DNA of 58,754 nt from Nitrospinota bacterium (lineage in GTDB: Bacteria > Nitrospinota > Nitrospinia > Nitrospinales > JACRGP01): NCBI GenBank assembly GCA_016217765.1, contig JACRGP010000032.1, positions 1 to 58,754 on the forward strand. Direction: 5' to 3'. Shown here piece after piece: positions 1 through 11,988 of this stretch; within the stretch, counting starts at the first letter, position 1, and every line of letters begins with the position of its first letter. The notes under the pieces are model-generated. The model saw only the letters and a program-made list of their open reading frames with translations. It was not told where the DNA came from and did no database searches. The position numbers and the translations under genes were made by a program.

Positions 1-1
1 A

Positions 2-1045
2 AAACTCAAGGCCTACAAGGTGGAGAATTACGATTGCGACATCAAACTGCACGCCAACGAAAATCCGTTTTCGCCGCCCGCGGAACTCATGGAATCGTTC
101 CGGAAAAGCCTGGAAGACTTTAAACTGAACCGCTATCCGGATCCCCACTGTAACGGCCTGAAACGCGTCCTTTCGCAACGCTGGCGGACCCCGCCGGAAA
201 CCCTGGTCGTCGGCAACGGCTCGGACGAATTGATCCAACTGATCCTTCAGATCTTCTGCGACATGGGCGATTCCGTGGCCTTCCCCGACCCCACGTTCGC
301 CATGTATTCCATCATCGCCGAAGGCATGGGGTTGAAACCCGTCGTCCACCCGCTCGACGAAAACTGGGATTTCAAGGCGGACGAATTTCTGGGGACCGTC
401 GAAAAACACGACCCCAAAATCCTGTTCTTCAGTTTCCCCAACAACCCGACGGGCAACTGTTTTTCGCCGGAGGAAATCAAAAAGACGATCGAACGGTTTC
501 GCGGCATCGTGGCGGTCGACGAGGCCTACTACGATTTTTCGAAAAAGACCTTCATCCACGACATCCGCGGGCACAACAACCTGATCGTCCTGCGGAGCCT
601 GTCGAAGATCGGCCTGGCGGGATTGCGCGTGGGTTACGGCGTCGCCGACCCGTTGATCATCGACCAGATCGACAAGGTCCGGCTCCCCTACAATTCCAAC
701 ACCGTCTCGCAAACGTTTTCCGAGAAGGTCCTGGGGAACTTCTCCCGGGTCCAGGACCAGATCGATACGATCATCCAGGAAAGAGAACGGCTGGTCCGGG
801 CCCTCTCCAAAATGCAGTTCCTGAAGGTTTATCCCTCGGACTCCAATTTCATCCTGTTCCGGATGGAACACGACGCCGGAACGGTGTTCAAGAGGCTCAT
901 GGACAAAGGGATCCTCATCCGCGACTTGAGTTCGCATCCGCGGTTGAAAGGATGCCTGCGGGTAACGGTGGGTTCGCGGGATGAAAACGACCAATTCCTG
1001 CTTCAGATCGAAAACCTGACCCGCGCCGAAAATCTAACGACCTGA
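2..1045 (+). CDS. hisC: histidinol-phosphate aminotransferase, 5'-partial (start lies upstream of the window)
   Basis: Translation has IKLHANENPF and SLSKIGLAGLRVGY (PLP-lysine region), typical of HisC. The frame is open from nt 2 (KLKAYKVENYDCD). The conserved L-x-x-Y segment precedes the listed GTG at 20, so the gene probably starts before nt 1. Confidence 0.9.
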   Translation, partial: KLKAYKVENYDCDIKLHANENPFSPPAELMESFRKSLEDFKLNRYPDPHCNGLKRVLSQRWRTPPETLVVGNGSDELIQLILQIFCDMGDSVAFPDPTFAMYSIIAEGMGLKPVVHPLDENWDFKADEFLGTVEKHDPKILFFSFPNNPTGNCFSPEEIKKTIERFRGIVAVDEAYYDFSKKTFIHDIRGHNNLIVLRSLSKIGLAGLRVGYGVADPLIIDQIDKVRLPYNSNTVSQTFSEKVLGNFSRVQDQIDTIIQERERLVRALSKMQFLKVYPSDSNFILFRMEHDAGTVFKRLMDKGILIRDLSSHPRLKGCLRVTVGSRDENDQFLLQIENLTRAENLTT

Positions 1046-1163
1046 TATCGCCGCTTGGAACATATTGCATGAACGAAACCCCGAAGACCGTTTGAGCCTT
1101 TAGAGACGGGAACGAACGTTCTCTCGCGACAGGGGATGGCAACAAAAAGCGTCCTTGCTTTTA

Positions 1164-1248
1164 CCCCCTTGCAAAGGGGGAAAGGGGGATTCAAACGACT
1201 TGTTCGCGGTTACCGGACCCAATCCCCCCGGCCCCCTTTACAAGGGGG
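1164..1248. repeat. repeat family A, compound copy A-I (hairpin + G-run / spacer / C-run + hairpin)
   Basis: CCCCCTTGCAAAGGGGGAAAGGGGGATTC, a 28-nt spacer, then AATCCCCCCGGCCCCCTTTACAAGGGGG. Confidence 0.85.
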
Positions 1249-1321
1249 AGCGGAGACCTTCCCTTCATCTCATCATGCAATAAGCAGTCTAAACGCGCAT
1301 TTTTGCTTGACGAAGGAGGAA

Positions 1322-2344
1322 ATGAGCGCCGTAAAAAAAATCCTGCTGATGATATTCGCCTTCGCGCTGGGTTGCGTCTGGGCCGCCGGCGGGATGTTTT
1401 ACTACCAGGCATCCCAGCCCGCCGGCGAGGACTCCAAAGCCCATATCTTCGTCATCCAGCCGGGCCAGACTCTGAAACAGACGGCAAGGACCCTTTCACA
1501 ACGCGGGCTGATACGCAGTCCCAACGCGTTCATCCTGCTCGCGTACCTGCGGAAAAAGCAAAACCAGATCCAGGCCGGCGAATACGAGATTTCGCCCGCC
1601 ATGCTCCCGCGCGAGATCTTGCGGAAAATCGCGTCGGGACAGACCGTCAAATATTCCGTAACCGTCCCGGAGGGATACAGCCTCCGGGAAATCGCGTCTC
1701 TACTCGAACAACGGGGGTTGGCGGACAAGGATGAATTCATGGCCGTCGCCCGCGACCGGCAACTGACCGGTCCGCTCGGCATCGCCGGCGACTCGCTGGA
1801 GGGCTATCTCTTCCCGGAAACCTACCATATCAGCCGGACGACCTCCGAAACCGCGATCGTCAAAGCCATGATCGAGTTGTTCAAGGACCGCGTCCTCACG
1901 CCAGAAAACCTCGAACGCGCCAGAGAGCTGGGCCTCGACTTTTACCAGGCCGTCACGCTCGCCTCCCTGATCGAGAAAGAAACCGGCCTCGACGCGGAAC
2001 GCAAATTGATCTCCTCGGTCTTTCACAACCGGCTGAGGAAAAAGATGCCCTTGCAGACCGACCCGACGGTCATCTACGCCCTGCGGGAGAATTTCGACGG
2101 CAACATACGAAAAAAGGACCTGTCCGTCGATTCGCCGTACAACACCTACAAACATATCGGATTGCCGCCGGGGCCGATCGCCAGCCCCGGATTGAAATCC
2201 GTCATCGCCGCGCTGTACCCGGCCCAGACGGACTATTTATATTTCGTCTCGCGGCAGGACGGGAGCCACCAGTTCTCCGCCAACCTGATCGACCACAACC
2301 GCGCCGTCGCCGAATTCCAACTGAAAAAACCTAAAAAGTCTTGA
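1322..2344 (+). CDS. mltG: endolytic murein transglycosylase MltG (YceG-like)
   Basis: One N-terminal TM (ILLMIFAFALGCVWAAGGMFYY), then EGYLFPETY, ASLIEKE, PYNTY and GLPPGPI motifs of the YceG/MltG family. I moved the start to ATG 1322 because residues 1-62 of listed ORF 1136.. are a translation of repeat family A. Confidence 0.88.
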   Translation: MSAVKKILLMIFAFALGCVWAAGGMFYYQASQPAGEDSKAHIFVIQPGQTLKQTARTLSQRGLIRSPNAFILLAYLRKKQNQIQAGEYEISPAMLPREILRKIASGQTVKYSVTVPEGYSLREIASLLEQRGLADKDEFMAVARDRQLTGPLGIAGDSLEGYLFPETYHISRTTSETAIVKAMIELFKDRVLTPENLERARELGLDFYQAVTLASLIEKETGLDAERKLISSVFHNRLRKKMPLQTDPTVIYALRENFDGNIRKKDLSVDSPYNTYKHIGLPPGPIASPGLKSVIAALYPAQTDYLYFVSRQDGSHQFSANLIDHNRAVAEFQLKKPKKS

Positions 2345-2360
2345 GCTACCGCGCCAACTC

Positions 2361-2843
2361 ATGAACGACAACGCCCCCACTTCCTACGACATCGTCCCGT
2401 ACGTCAACCGTTCCTTCCCGCAAAGCAACCCCAATAAGCTCTGGGTCGTCGCCCGATTATTCGGCTTGAACGCGCCGCATCCGAGTCAGCGCCGGGTCCT
2501 CGAGTTAGGTTGCGGGCGCGGCGGCAACATCGTCCCCATGGCGTTCAACATGCCGCGCGGCGAATTCGCCGGGATCGACTTGTCCGCCGTGCAAGTGGCG
2601 GAAGCGCGAAAGATGGCGGACAAGCTGGGCCTGTCCAACCTGCGCCTGGAGCAAAAAGACCTCATGGACCTGGACGCGGGTTTCGGGCAATTCGATTACA
2701 TCATCGCCCACGGCGTGTTTTCCTGGGCGCCCGCGATGCCCGGCAACGGCGAAAACGGCCCCGCGTCGATCGAGCAAACGGTCTCCCGGGAACTGGATTC
2801 AACGCTCGCGACGTTCGCCCGCTCGTCCCTGCCGGTCGATTAG
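2361..2843 (+). pseudogene. N-terminal remnant of a class I SAM-dependent methyltransferase (truncated)
   Basis: It has the SAM-binding motif VLELGCGRGGN and FDYIIAHGVFSW. The recognisable domain stops after about 130 aa, followed by unrelated sequence and a stop. The other two frames downstream show no continuation. A 690-bp repeat-filled gap follows. Confidence 0.5.
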
Positions 2844-3277
2844 GACCGCTTTGCGCGCGTTTCCCGGCGCGTCGTTTCAAAGTATCTCACAGACCGCCGC
2901 CCGTCCCCAATGCTGTCAAAATTGTCATTCCTGGCAAATGGAAAAATGCTATAGTGTCAACCGTTTAGATTGAGTTTCGCCTTTTGTTCAGGCGGCCCCG
3001 TGTCGATAAGGTACCGACGGGGAGGATTGCGCGAAAACCACCGGGGCCGAGTTATTACAATATCGAAAAAACGGAGAGAAACGGGGGGAAGAAGATGGAC
3101 CGGAGGAGGAACTGCGCGGTTCCGACCTCGCGATCCATAAACTTGAATCCTATCCCGAGGAAGTCACATCCAGATTTGGATAAATACCGCGGGGAGCATG
3201 AATATAACGACAATCATATTGTCCCAACCCCATGTCGGGGAACGTCGCTCCCCCTTGCAAAGGAGACCTTTGCATAT

Positions 3278-3332
3278 GTCATGCTGAGCCAGTCGAAGCA
3301 TGACCAACGCCCTTCGACAAGCTCAGGGCGAC
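3278..3332. repeat. repeat family F-related element
   Basis: GTCATGCTGAGCCAGTCGAAGCATGAC (8-bp stem) followed by CAACGCCCTTCGACAAGCTCAGGGCGAC. It shares the core GTCATGCTGAGC..CGAAGCAT with 15795-15818. Confidence 0.65.
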
Positions 3333-3388
3333 ATCATAATAGAGTGTTTTGGCCGAGTTAAAGTTGGCTTTATTACTTATGCAAAGCT

Positions 3389-3473
3389 CCCCCTTGTAAA
3401 GGGGGGCGGGGGGATTCGTTACCGCGACCGCGACAAAAACATTAAATCCCCCTATCCCCCTTTGCAAGGGGGG
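3389..3473. repeat. repeat family A, compound copy A-II
   Basis: CCCCCTTGTAAAGGGGGGCGGGGGGATTC, a 27-nt spacer, then AATCCCCCTATCCCCCTTTGCAAGGGGGG. A partial arm lies at 3249-3265. Confidence 0.85.
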
Positions 3474-3531
3474 AAAATCATGGCGCTTTTGTCGTCTATT
3501 TTGCGCTCCTAATAGTTAGTGAAGACGGTCC

Positions 3532-5817
3532 ATGGACAAACGTTTCGGGAAAAAAATTTTTACGGTTTGCCTGGCCTTATCGGTACTGCTGGCGGCGCCT
3601 CCCGCGCGCGCGGGGATCGACAAGATCGAGGAATACAAAAAGGCCATCCAGAACGACCCCAAGGACTATCTGGCGCATTTCTCGCTGGGCCAGGCCTACC
3701 AGTTGCTGGGACTCTACGGCGACGCCATCAACGAGTTCAAGGAAGCGCTCCGGATCGAACCCTTGTACGTGGCGGCCTACCACGGAATCGGCGGCAGTTA
3801 CGGGCAACTGGGAAACTATCACGAAGCCCAAAAGGCCTACCTGGAGGCCACCCGCATCGACCCGGGTTATGCCGACGGCCAATACGGTCTCGGCTGGTCC
3901 TACTTGAAACTGGGCAAATACCGCGAATCCATCGAGCCCTTGTTGACGGCCATCCGGATCAACCCCGCCATGGGCGCCGCGCATTTCGCCCTCGGACAAA
4001 GTTTCGCGGCCCTCATCGACCATACCGAGGCGATCAAGCGGTTCAAAAAGGCCCTGCAATTGACCCCCATCTTCCCCGAGGCCTATTTGGCCATGGGGGT
4101 AAGTTACGCGGCGCTGAAACTCATTGACGACTCCGTCGCCGCGTTTCAAAAAGCCATCGACATCAACCCGAACTATTACGACGCCTACCTGGGACTGGGG
4201 TCGGTCTACATCCAGACCGGCAAGAACCCGAAGGCCATCCCGTTCCTCAAGGACGCCATCCGCATCGACCCGAACCAGGGCCAGGCGCGCGATCTCATCG
4301 GCACGGCATACAAAAACATGGACCGTCCGGAGGAGGCCCTGACCTACTTCAAGGAATACGCGCGGATCGAACACCGGGACGCGCACGCGCAGTTCAAACT
4401 GGGCCAGGCCTATTCGGAACTGGGGCTCTATGACGAAGCCGTCAAAAGTTTCGAGGACGCCATCCGCCTGAAACCGGACTATGACGAGGCCTATTTCCGC
4501 ATGGGGTGGATCTTCGAGGAGATCGACGACCCGCAAAAAGCCGCGGACAAGTATAAGTCGGCCATCCAGATCGACCCGAAATCCGTCGAGGCCTACTTCA
4601 ACCTGGGCGGGGTCTACGGAAAGCTGGACCAATACGACAAGGCCGTCGAGGCGTACCGGGAAATCATCCGCATCCAACCCGGCCACGTCCCCGCGTATGG
4701 CAAGCTGGGGATGGCCTACAGCAAGCTGAACCGATTGGAGGAAGCGCTGGAGGCGTACAAGGAGGCGATGGCGCTCGACCCGAAATATCCTCCGACCTAC
4801 TACCAGTTGGGCGTCACGTACGGCGAATTAAAACGCTGGGAGGAGGCCGTGCAACCCTTGACCGAGGCCGTCCGTCTCGACCCCAAATACGCCGACGCCC
4901 ACTACCAGTTGGGGAAGACGTACCTGGCCCTGGGCCACAACCAGGAAGCCATCGACCCGCTCAACAAGGCCCTCAAGCTCAACCCCTCCAGCACCCTGCC
5001 CAATATGGAGCTGGGGCGGGCCTACACGGCCCTGAAAAAATATCAAGACGCCATCGTATCCCTGAAAGAGTCCCTGCGCCTCGACCCGAACAACGTCCGT
5101 TCGCTCTACCTGCTCGCCCAGAACAACGCCATCCTGGAGCGGTATGAGGACGCGGTCGGGCCCTTGACCAAGGCGGTCAAAATCAACCCCGGATACGCGG
5201 AAGCCTGGAACCGCCTGGGATACGTCCAGTGGAAACTCAAACGCAACACGGAAGCCGAGAACGCCTTCAAGGAAGCGGTCCGCCTTGACCCGGATTTCGC
5301 GGAAGCCTACAACAACCTGGGCTCGTTCTACCTGTCCGTCGGAAAGAACGCCCGGGCCGTCGAAAACCTGCGGGAAGCCGTGCGCATCGACCCCAAATAC
5401 TCCGACGCGCATTACAACCTGGGATTGAGTTACGACGTGTTGGGGCGCAGGAAGGAAGCGGTCGAGGAATACCGGAAAACCATCGGCATTGTCCCCGACC
5501 GGTTCGACGCCTACATGAGCCTGGGCTGGGCGCTGGGGGAACTGAAGCAGTATCAGGAAGCGCTCGCGCCATTCAAACGCGCCATCCAGATCGACCCCAA
5601 AAACGCCGACGCCCACTTTAGCCTGGGCTGGGCGTTGGGCGAATTGCAACGCTACCAGGACGCCGTCCCGCCATTGAAGGAGGCCGTCCGCCTGAACCCG
5701 AACCACGCCGGAGCCCAGGCCCGGCTCGACCAGACCTACGAACAGTTGAAAATCCGGCAAAAGGGGCTGGACGGCATCATCCTGAGTCCCTCGGACATGA
5801 CCATCCCCAAGAAATGA
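3532..5817 (+). CDS. secreted tetratricopeptide-repeat protein (about 20 tandem TPRs)
   Basis: Signal peptide MDKRFGKKIFTVCLALSVLLAAPPARAG, followed by a regular 34-aa periodicity (..A...Y..A..IDP....A...LG..Y) along the entire 761 aa. Confidence 0.85.
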   Translation: MDKRFGKKIFTVCLALSVLLAAPPARAGIDKIEEYKKAIQNDPKDYLAHFSLGQAYQLLGLYGDAINEFKEALRIEPLYVAAYHGIGGSYGQLGNYHEAQKAYLEATRIDPGYADGQYGLGWSYLKLGKYRESIEPLLTAIRINPAMGAAHFALGQSFAALIDHTEAIKRFKKALQLTPIFPEAYLAMGVSYAALKLIDDSVAAFQKAIDINPNYYDAYLGLGSVYIQTGKNPKAIPFLKDAIRIDPNQGQARDLIGTAYKNMDRPEEALTYFKEYARIEHRDAHAQFKLGQAYSELGLYDEAVKSFEDAIRLKPDYDEAYFRMGWIFEEIDDPQKAADKYKSAIQIDPKSVEAYFNLGGVYGKLDQYDKAVEAYREIIRIQPGHVPAYGKLGMAYSKLNRLEEALEAYKEAMALDPKYPPTYYQLGVTYGELKRWEEAVQPLTEAVRLDPKYADAHYQLGKTYLALGHNQEAIDPLNKALKLNPSSTLPNMELGRAYTALKKYQDAIVSLKESLRLDPNNVRSLYLLAQNNAILERYEDAVGPLTKAVKINPGYAEAWNRLGYVQWKLKRNTEAENAFKEAVRLDPDFAEAYNNLGSFYLSVGKNARAVENLREAVRIDPKYSDAHYNLGLSYDVLGRRKEAVEEYRKTIGIVPDRFDAYMSLGWALGELKQYQEALAPFKRAIQIDPKNADAHFSLGWALGELQRYQDAVPPLKEAVRLNPNHAGAQARLDQTYEQLKIRQKGLDGIILSPSDMTIPKK

Positions 5818-5909
5818 CCGTATGGGCAAATCACCGCTGGCCGGAACATGAACCAAGTCCATCGAGAAACGCCTTTTGAATTTTGGAGCGTACGCAAAGG
5901 AGGATCGTT

Positions 5910-7250
5910 TTGACGGCGCGTAGAAAAGTCATCATCATGGGGGCGGCGGGAAGGGACTTCCACAACTTCAACGTCTTCTTCCGCGACAACCGCGATTACG
6001 AAGTCGTGGCTTTCACCGCGACCCAGATCCCGGGGATCGAGGACAAACGCTATCCCCCCGCCCTCGCCGGGAAATTGTATCCCAAGGGGATTCCCATCCA
6101 CCCCGAAAGCCGTTTGCCCGGCCTCATCCGCGAATGCCGCGCGGACGCCGTCGTCTTCGCCTACAGCGACGTGTCCCACGAATACGTCATGCACAAGGCC
6201 TCCGCCGTCCTGGCCGAGGGGGCCGACTTCTGGCTCCAGGGCCCGGACAGTTTCATGCTCAAGTCCAGAAAGAAGGTGGTCTCCGTGTGCGCCACGCGGA
6301 CGGGTTGCGGGAAATCGCAGACCGCGCGCAAAATCGCCCGCATCCTGAAAAGCCGGGGCATAAAAACCGTCGCCGTACGCCACGCCATGCCCTACGGCGA
6401 CTTGGAAAAGCAGAAGGCGCAGAGGTTCGCCGTCATCGCCGACCTCAAGAAACACCGGTGCACCATCGAGGAGATGGAGGAGTACGAGCCTTACATCGGG
6501 CTGGGAATCCCCGTCCTCGCCGGGGTGGACTACGAGGCCATCCTCGCGGAGGCGGAGAAGGAAGCGGAAATCATCATCTGGGACGGGGGCAACAACGACA
6601 TGCCCTTTTTCCGCCCCGACCTGGAAATCGTGGTGACCGATCCCCACCGCGCGGGGCACGAGACCGCCTACTTCCCCGGCGAGACCAACCTCCGCCGGGC
6701 GCATGCCGTCGTCATCAACAAAGTCGATACCGCCGACCATGAAAACGTCGTGAAAGTCCGCGACAACGTACGCCTCCTCAACCCCAACGCGACGATCATC
6801 GAAGCCGCGTCCCCCATATCCGTGGACGGTTACGAAAAGATCGCCGGGAAACGCGTCCTTGTCATCGAGGACGGCCCGACGCTGACGCATGGAGGGATGA
6901 AATACGGCGCGGCGACCATCGCCGCCCAGCGGTTCGGGGCGCGGGAAATCGTGGACCCCAGGCCCTGGCTCAAGGGCAAGATCGCCGATACCTTCGCGGA
7001 CTATCCGCACATCGGCGCCCTTCTGCCCGCCATGGGATACGGAGAAGAACAGATACGCGACCTGGCCAGGACCATCGACGCCGTCGATTGCGACCTCGTC
7101 GTCATCGGTACGCCCATCGACTTGAACCGCGTCGTCAAGATCAAGAAACCGGCGGTGAGAGCGACCTACGAACTCCAGGAAATCGGCCTCCCCGATCTCG
7201 AGACCGTCCTGAAACCGTTTCTAACCCGGCGTAGCGGTCCTCCGGCATAA
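5910..7250 (+). CDS. P-loop protein of the cyclic 2,3-diphosphoglycerate synthetase-like / 'GTPase' family
   Basis: N-terminus (K)VIIMGAAGRDFHNFNVFFRD and Walker A TRTGCGKSQT. Overall the sequence matches my recollection of the CPGS-like family. The start is set to TTG 5910, 6 nt after AAGGAGG (5897-5903), rather than the listed TTG 5883. Confidence 0.65.
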   Translation: MTARRKVIIMGAAGRDFHNFNVFFRDNRDYEVVAFTATQIPGIEDKRYPPALAGKLYPKGIPIHPESRLPGLIRECRADAVVFAYSDVSHEYVMHKASAVLAEGADFWLQGPDSFMLKSRKKVVSVCATRTGCGKSQTARKIARILKSRGIKTVAVRHAMPYGDLEKQKAQRFAVIADLKKHRCTIEEMEEYEPYIGLGIPVLAGVDYEAILAEAEKEAEIIIWDGGNNDMPFFRPDLEIVVTDPHRAGHETAYFPGETNLRRAHAVVINKVDTADHENVVKVRDNVRLLNPNATIIEAASPISVDGYEKIAGKRVLVIEDGPTLTHGGMKYGAATIAAQRFGAREIVDPRPWLKGKIADTFADYPHIGALLPAMGYGEEQIRDLARTIDAVDCDLVVIGTPIDLNRVVKIKKPAVRATYELQEIGLPDLETVLKPFLTRRSGPPA

Positions 7251-7313
7251 GCGCGGCTTCCGTCCGCGGGAAGCTGGATTCGCTACCGCATAAGAAGTTG
7301 CATGAAGGCGGCG

Positions 7314-7457
7314 TTAGAGATTCTTCAAAAACTCTTCCCTCGTGATACCAAGGTCTTTCTTGATGATTTTGATGAGAAGCCCCGGGCCAATCTCTTCTCC
7401 CGCGTGGTGGGGAATGATCGTCCTCCTGCCGTCAGGATGCTTCCTAAGGAGTTCATA
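7314..7457 (-). pseudogene. hicA: HicA-family toxin remnant (C-terminal about 47 aa only)
   Basis: The C-terminal part of listed ORF 7314..7694 reads LLRKHPDGRRTIIPHHAGEEIGPGLLIKIIKKDLGITREEFLKNL, a HicA/YcfA-like C-terminus. The N-terminal about 25 aa, including the GSH catalytic region, are absent. Upstream sequence is repeat A-VII (7471-7569). No hicB is adjacent. Confidence 0.6.
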
Positions 7458-7470
7458 AGTAAATATACAT

Positions 7471-7569
7471 AAAATCCCCTCCCCCTTCCAGGGGGAGGTT
7501 GGGTGGGGGTAAACGCGCCGAACTAGCGCCCCCATCCTGGCCTTCCCCCTACAAGGGGGAAGAGAATTC
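7471..7569. repeat. repeat family A, variant compound copy A-VII
   Basis: AAAATCCCCTCCCCCTTCCAGGGGGAGGTTGGGTGGGGG...GCCCCCATCCTGGCCTTCCCCCTACAAGGGGGAAGAGAATTC. Confidence 0.7.
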
Positions 7570-7629
7570 GCCGTCCTCAATTTTCCCCGCGAGGTATGGC
7601 TACTTATGAACTCCTTAGTAACAAGGGCT

Positions 7630-7680
7630 CGGCGTATCGCGGAGCATGGTTCCGCCTCGCGCTTGCGCCGAGGCGGCATT
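7630..7680 (+). repeat. repeat family C copy 1
   Basis: CGGCGTATCGCGGAGCATGGTTCCGCCTCGCGCTTGCGCCGAGGCGGC, containing the hairpin CCGCCTCG..CGAGGCGG. Confidence 0.8.
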
Positions 7681-7730
7681 GAATCGGGCGTCACGCCGGA
7701 CGGCGCGCGGACGCAAAAACGGCGGGGGGA

Positions 7731-8141
7731 TTATTTCTTTAGATCGGCGCTTTCCAGGCGGGCGACGGCGCGGAACAGTTTCTTCTGGGCTTTGCGGAAC
7801 TCTTCCTCGCTCAGGTCGGGCTTGGTCAGCAGGGCTTCCGCCCGGGCCTTGGCCTCCTCGGCGCGCTTGCGGTCGATTTCGTTGAGGAATTCGGCGGTAT
7901 CCGCCAGAACGGTCACCCGGTTGTCGGTGACTTCCAGATACCCGCCGCTGACCACCAGGTAAATCGTTTCCGATCCTTTCTGGTACGACAGCAGTCCCGG
8001 CCGCATGGCGGTAAGGAGGGGGGCGTGGTCGTACAGGACTCCCAGGTCGCCCTCGCTTCCGGGGACGTTGACCTGGTCGACCTTGTCGGAAACCATCAGC
8101 CTTTCCGGCGTGACGATGCTCAATAACAGCGATTGTTCCAT
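7731..8141 (-). CDS. atpC: F1 ATP synthase subunit epsilon
   Basis: 136 aa, LLSIVTPERLMVSDKVDQVNVPGSEGDLGVL... It is the last gene of the atp operon, 3 nt after atpD. Confidence 0.93.
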   Translation of the reverse strand: MEQSLLLSIVTPERLMVSDKVDQVNVPGSEGDLGVLYDHAPLLTAMRPGLLSYQKGSETIYLVVSGGYLEVTDNRVTVLADTAEFLNEIDRKRAEEAKARAEALLTKPDLSEEEFRKAQKKLFRAVARLESADLKK

Positions 8142-8144
8142 GAT

Positions 8145-10470
<2,326 letters not shown>

Positions 10471-10475
10471 AAGGG

Positions 10476-11978
10476 TTAGAACAGTCCCTTGAATTCTTTA
10501 ACGGCTTCTTTCAGCTTGTTTTCGATTTCATCGTCCAGCGCCTTCTTCGTCTCGATGGCCTGGAGGATGTCCTTGCGCTTGTCCTCGACAAACCGCAACA
10601 CGCCATCGACGAACCTCTGGATGTCGGCCACCTTGATATCGTCCACGAGGCCGCGCACGCCGCAATAGATCTGTATGATCTGCTGGGCCGCGCTGAGCGG
10701 TTTGTACTGTCCCTGCTTGAGGATTTCGACCAGCCGTTCGCCGCGCGCCAGTTGGGCCTGGGTGGCGGGGTCCAGGTCGCTACCGAACTGGGCGAAGGCC
10801 GCCAGTTCGCGGTACTGGGCCAGTTCCAAGCGCAGTTGGCCGGCCACCTGTTTCATGGCCTTGATCTGCGCCGCGCCGCCGACGCGGGAAACGGAAAGCC
10901 CCACGTTGATGGCGGGCCGCACGCCGGAATAGAACAGGTCGGACTCCAGATAGATCTGCCCGTCGGTGATGGAAATCACGTTCGTGGGGATGTACGCCGA
11001 AACGTCGCCCGCCTGGGTTTCGATGATCGGCAACGCCGTGAGCGATCCCGCGCCCAGCTTGTCGTTCACCTTGGAAGCGCGCTCCAACAGACGGGAGTGC
11101 AGGTAAAAAACGTCGCCCGGATAGGCTTCGCGTCCGGGGGGTCGCCGCAACAACAGCGACAACTGCCGGTATGCCGCCGCCTGTTTCGACAGGTCGTCGT
11201 AAATGATCAGGCAATGCTGGCCGTTGTCCCGGAAATACTCGCCCATGGCGCACCCGGAATACGGGGCGATGTACTGCAAGGGGGCCGGATCGCTTGCCGT
11301 GGCCGCGACCACGATCGTATACTTCATCGCGTCGTGTTCTTCCAAGGTCTTCACCACCCGCGCCACCGTGGACCGTTTCTGTCCCACGGCGACGTAGATG
11401 CAAAACATGTTCTGGCCTTTTTGGTTGATGATGGTGTCCAGGGCCACGGCGGTCTTGCCCGTCTGCCGGTCGCCGATGATCAGTTCCCGCTGGCCTCTGC
11501 CGATGGGGATCATGCCGTCGATCGCCTTGATCCCGGTCTGCATGGGTTCGTGCACGGACTTGCGGTCGGTGACGCCGGGGGCGATGCGCTCGATGGGGCC
11601 GAACCGTTTGGCGTCGATCGGGCCTTTGCCGTCGATGGGATGACCCAGGGAGTTGACCACGCGGCCCACCAGTTCGGGGCCGATGGGGACTTCCATGACG
11701 CGTCCGGAACGCTTGACCTCGTCGCCTTCCTTGATCTTGTCGTCAAACCCGAACAAGACGGAGCCGACATTGTCCTCCTCCAGGTTCAACACCATGCCCA
11801 CCACGTCGTGCGGAAACTCGATCAATTCGCCGGCCATGGCGTTTTCCAGGCCGTAAATGCGGGCGATGCCGTCGCCCACGGAAATCACCCTCCCGGTCTC
11901 CTTGAGCTCGACGCTCTCGTCGAAACCGGAGATCTGCTTTTGTATCAGGGAACTAATTTCATCCGCGCGTAAGCTCAC
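10476..11978 (-). CDS. atpA: F1 ATP synthase subunit alpha
   Basis: Walker [10 protein letters not shown], 500 aa, canonical alpha sequence. Confidence 0.98.
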   Translation of the reverse strand: MSLRADEISSLIQKQISGFDESVELKETGRVISVGDGIARIYGLENAMAGELIEFPHDVVGMVLNLEEDNVGSVLFGFDDKIKEGDEVKRSGRVMEVPIGPELVGRVVNSLGHPIDGKGPIDAKRFGPIERIAPGVTDRKSVHEPMQTGIKAIDGMIPIGRGQRELIIGDRQTGKTAVALDTIINQKGQNMFCIYVAVGQKRSTVARVVKTLEEHDAMKYTIVVAATASDPAPLQYIAPYSGCAMGEYFRDNGQHCLIIYDDLSKQAAAYRQLSLLLRRPPGREAYPGDVFYLHSRLLERASKVNDKLGAGSLTALPIIETQAGDVSAYIPTNVISITDGQIYLESDLFYSGVRPAINVGLSVSRVGGAAQIKAMKQVAGQLRLELAQYRELAAFAQFGSDLDPATQAQLARGERLVEILKQGQYKPLSAAQQIIQIYCGVRGLVDDIKVADIQRFVDGVLRFVEDKRKDILQAIETKKALDDEIENKLKEAVKEFKGLF

Positions 11979-11988
11979 TACCCATCTC

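Noticed and set aside
2844-3531. Possible RNase P RNA, tmRNA, SRP RNA or riboswitch in the long non-coding gap.
   Set aside because: I could not find the diagnostic conserved strings: GAGGAAAGUCCGGGC for RNase P, a GGGGCUGAUUC.. 5' end plus tRNA-like 3' end for tmRNA, or the SRP domain IV motif. GAGGAAGTCACATCC at about 3158 is only a superficial resemblance. I left this as an open question under findings rather than a feature.
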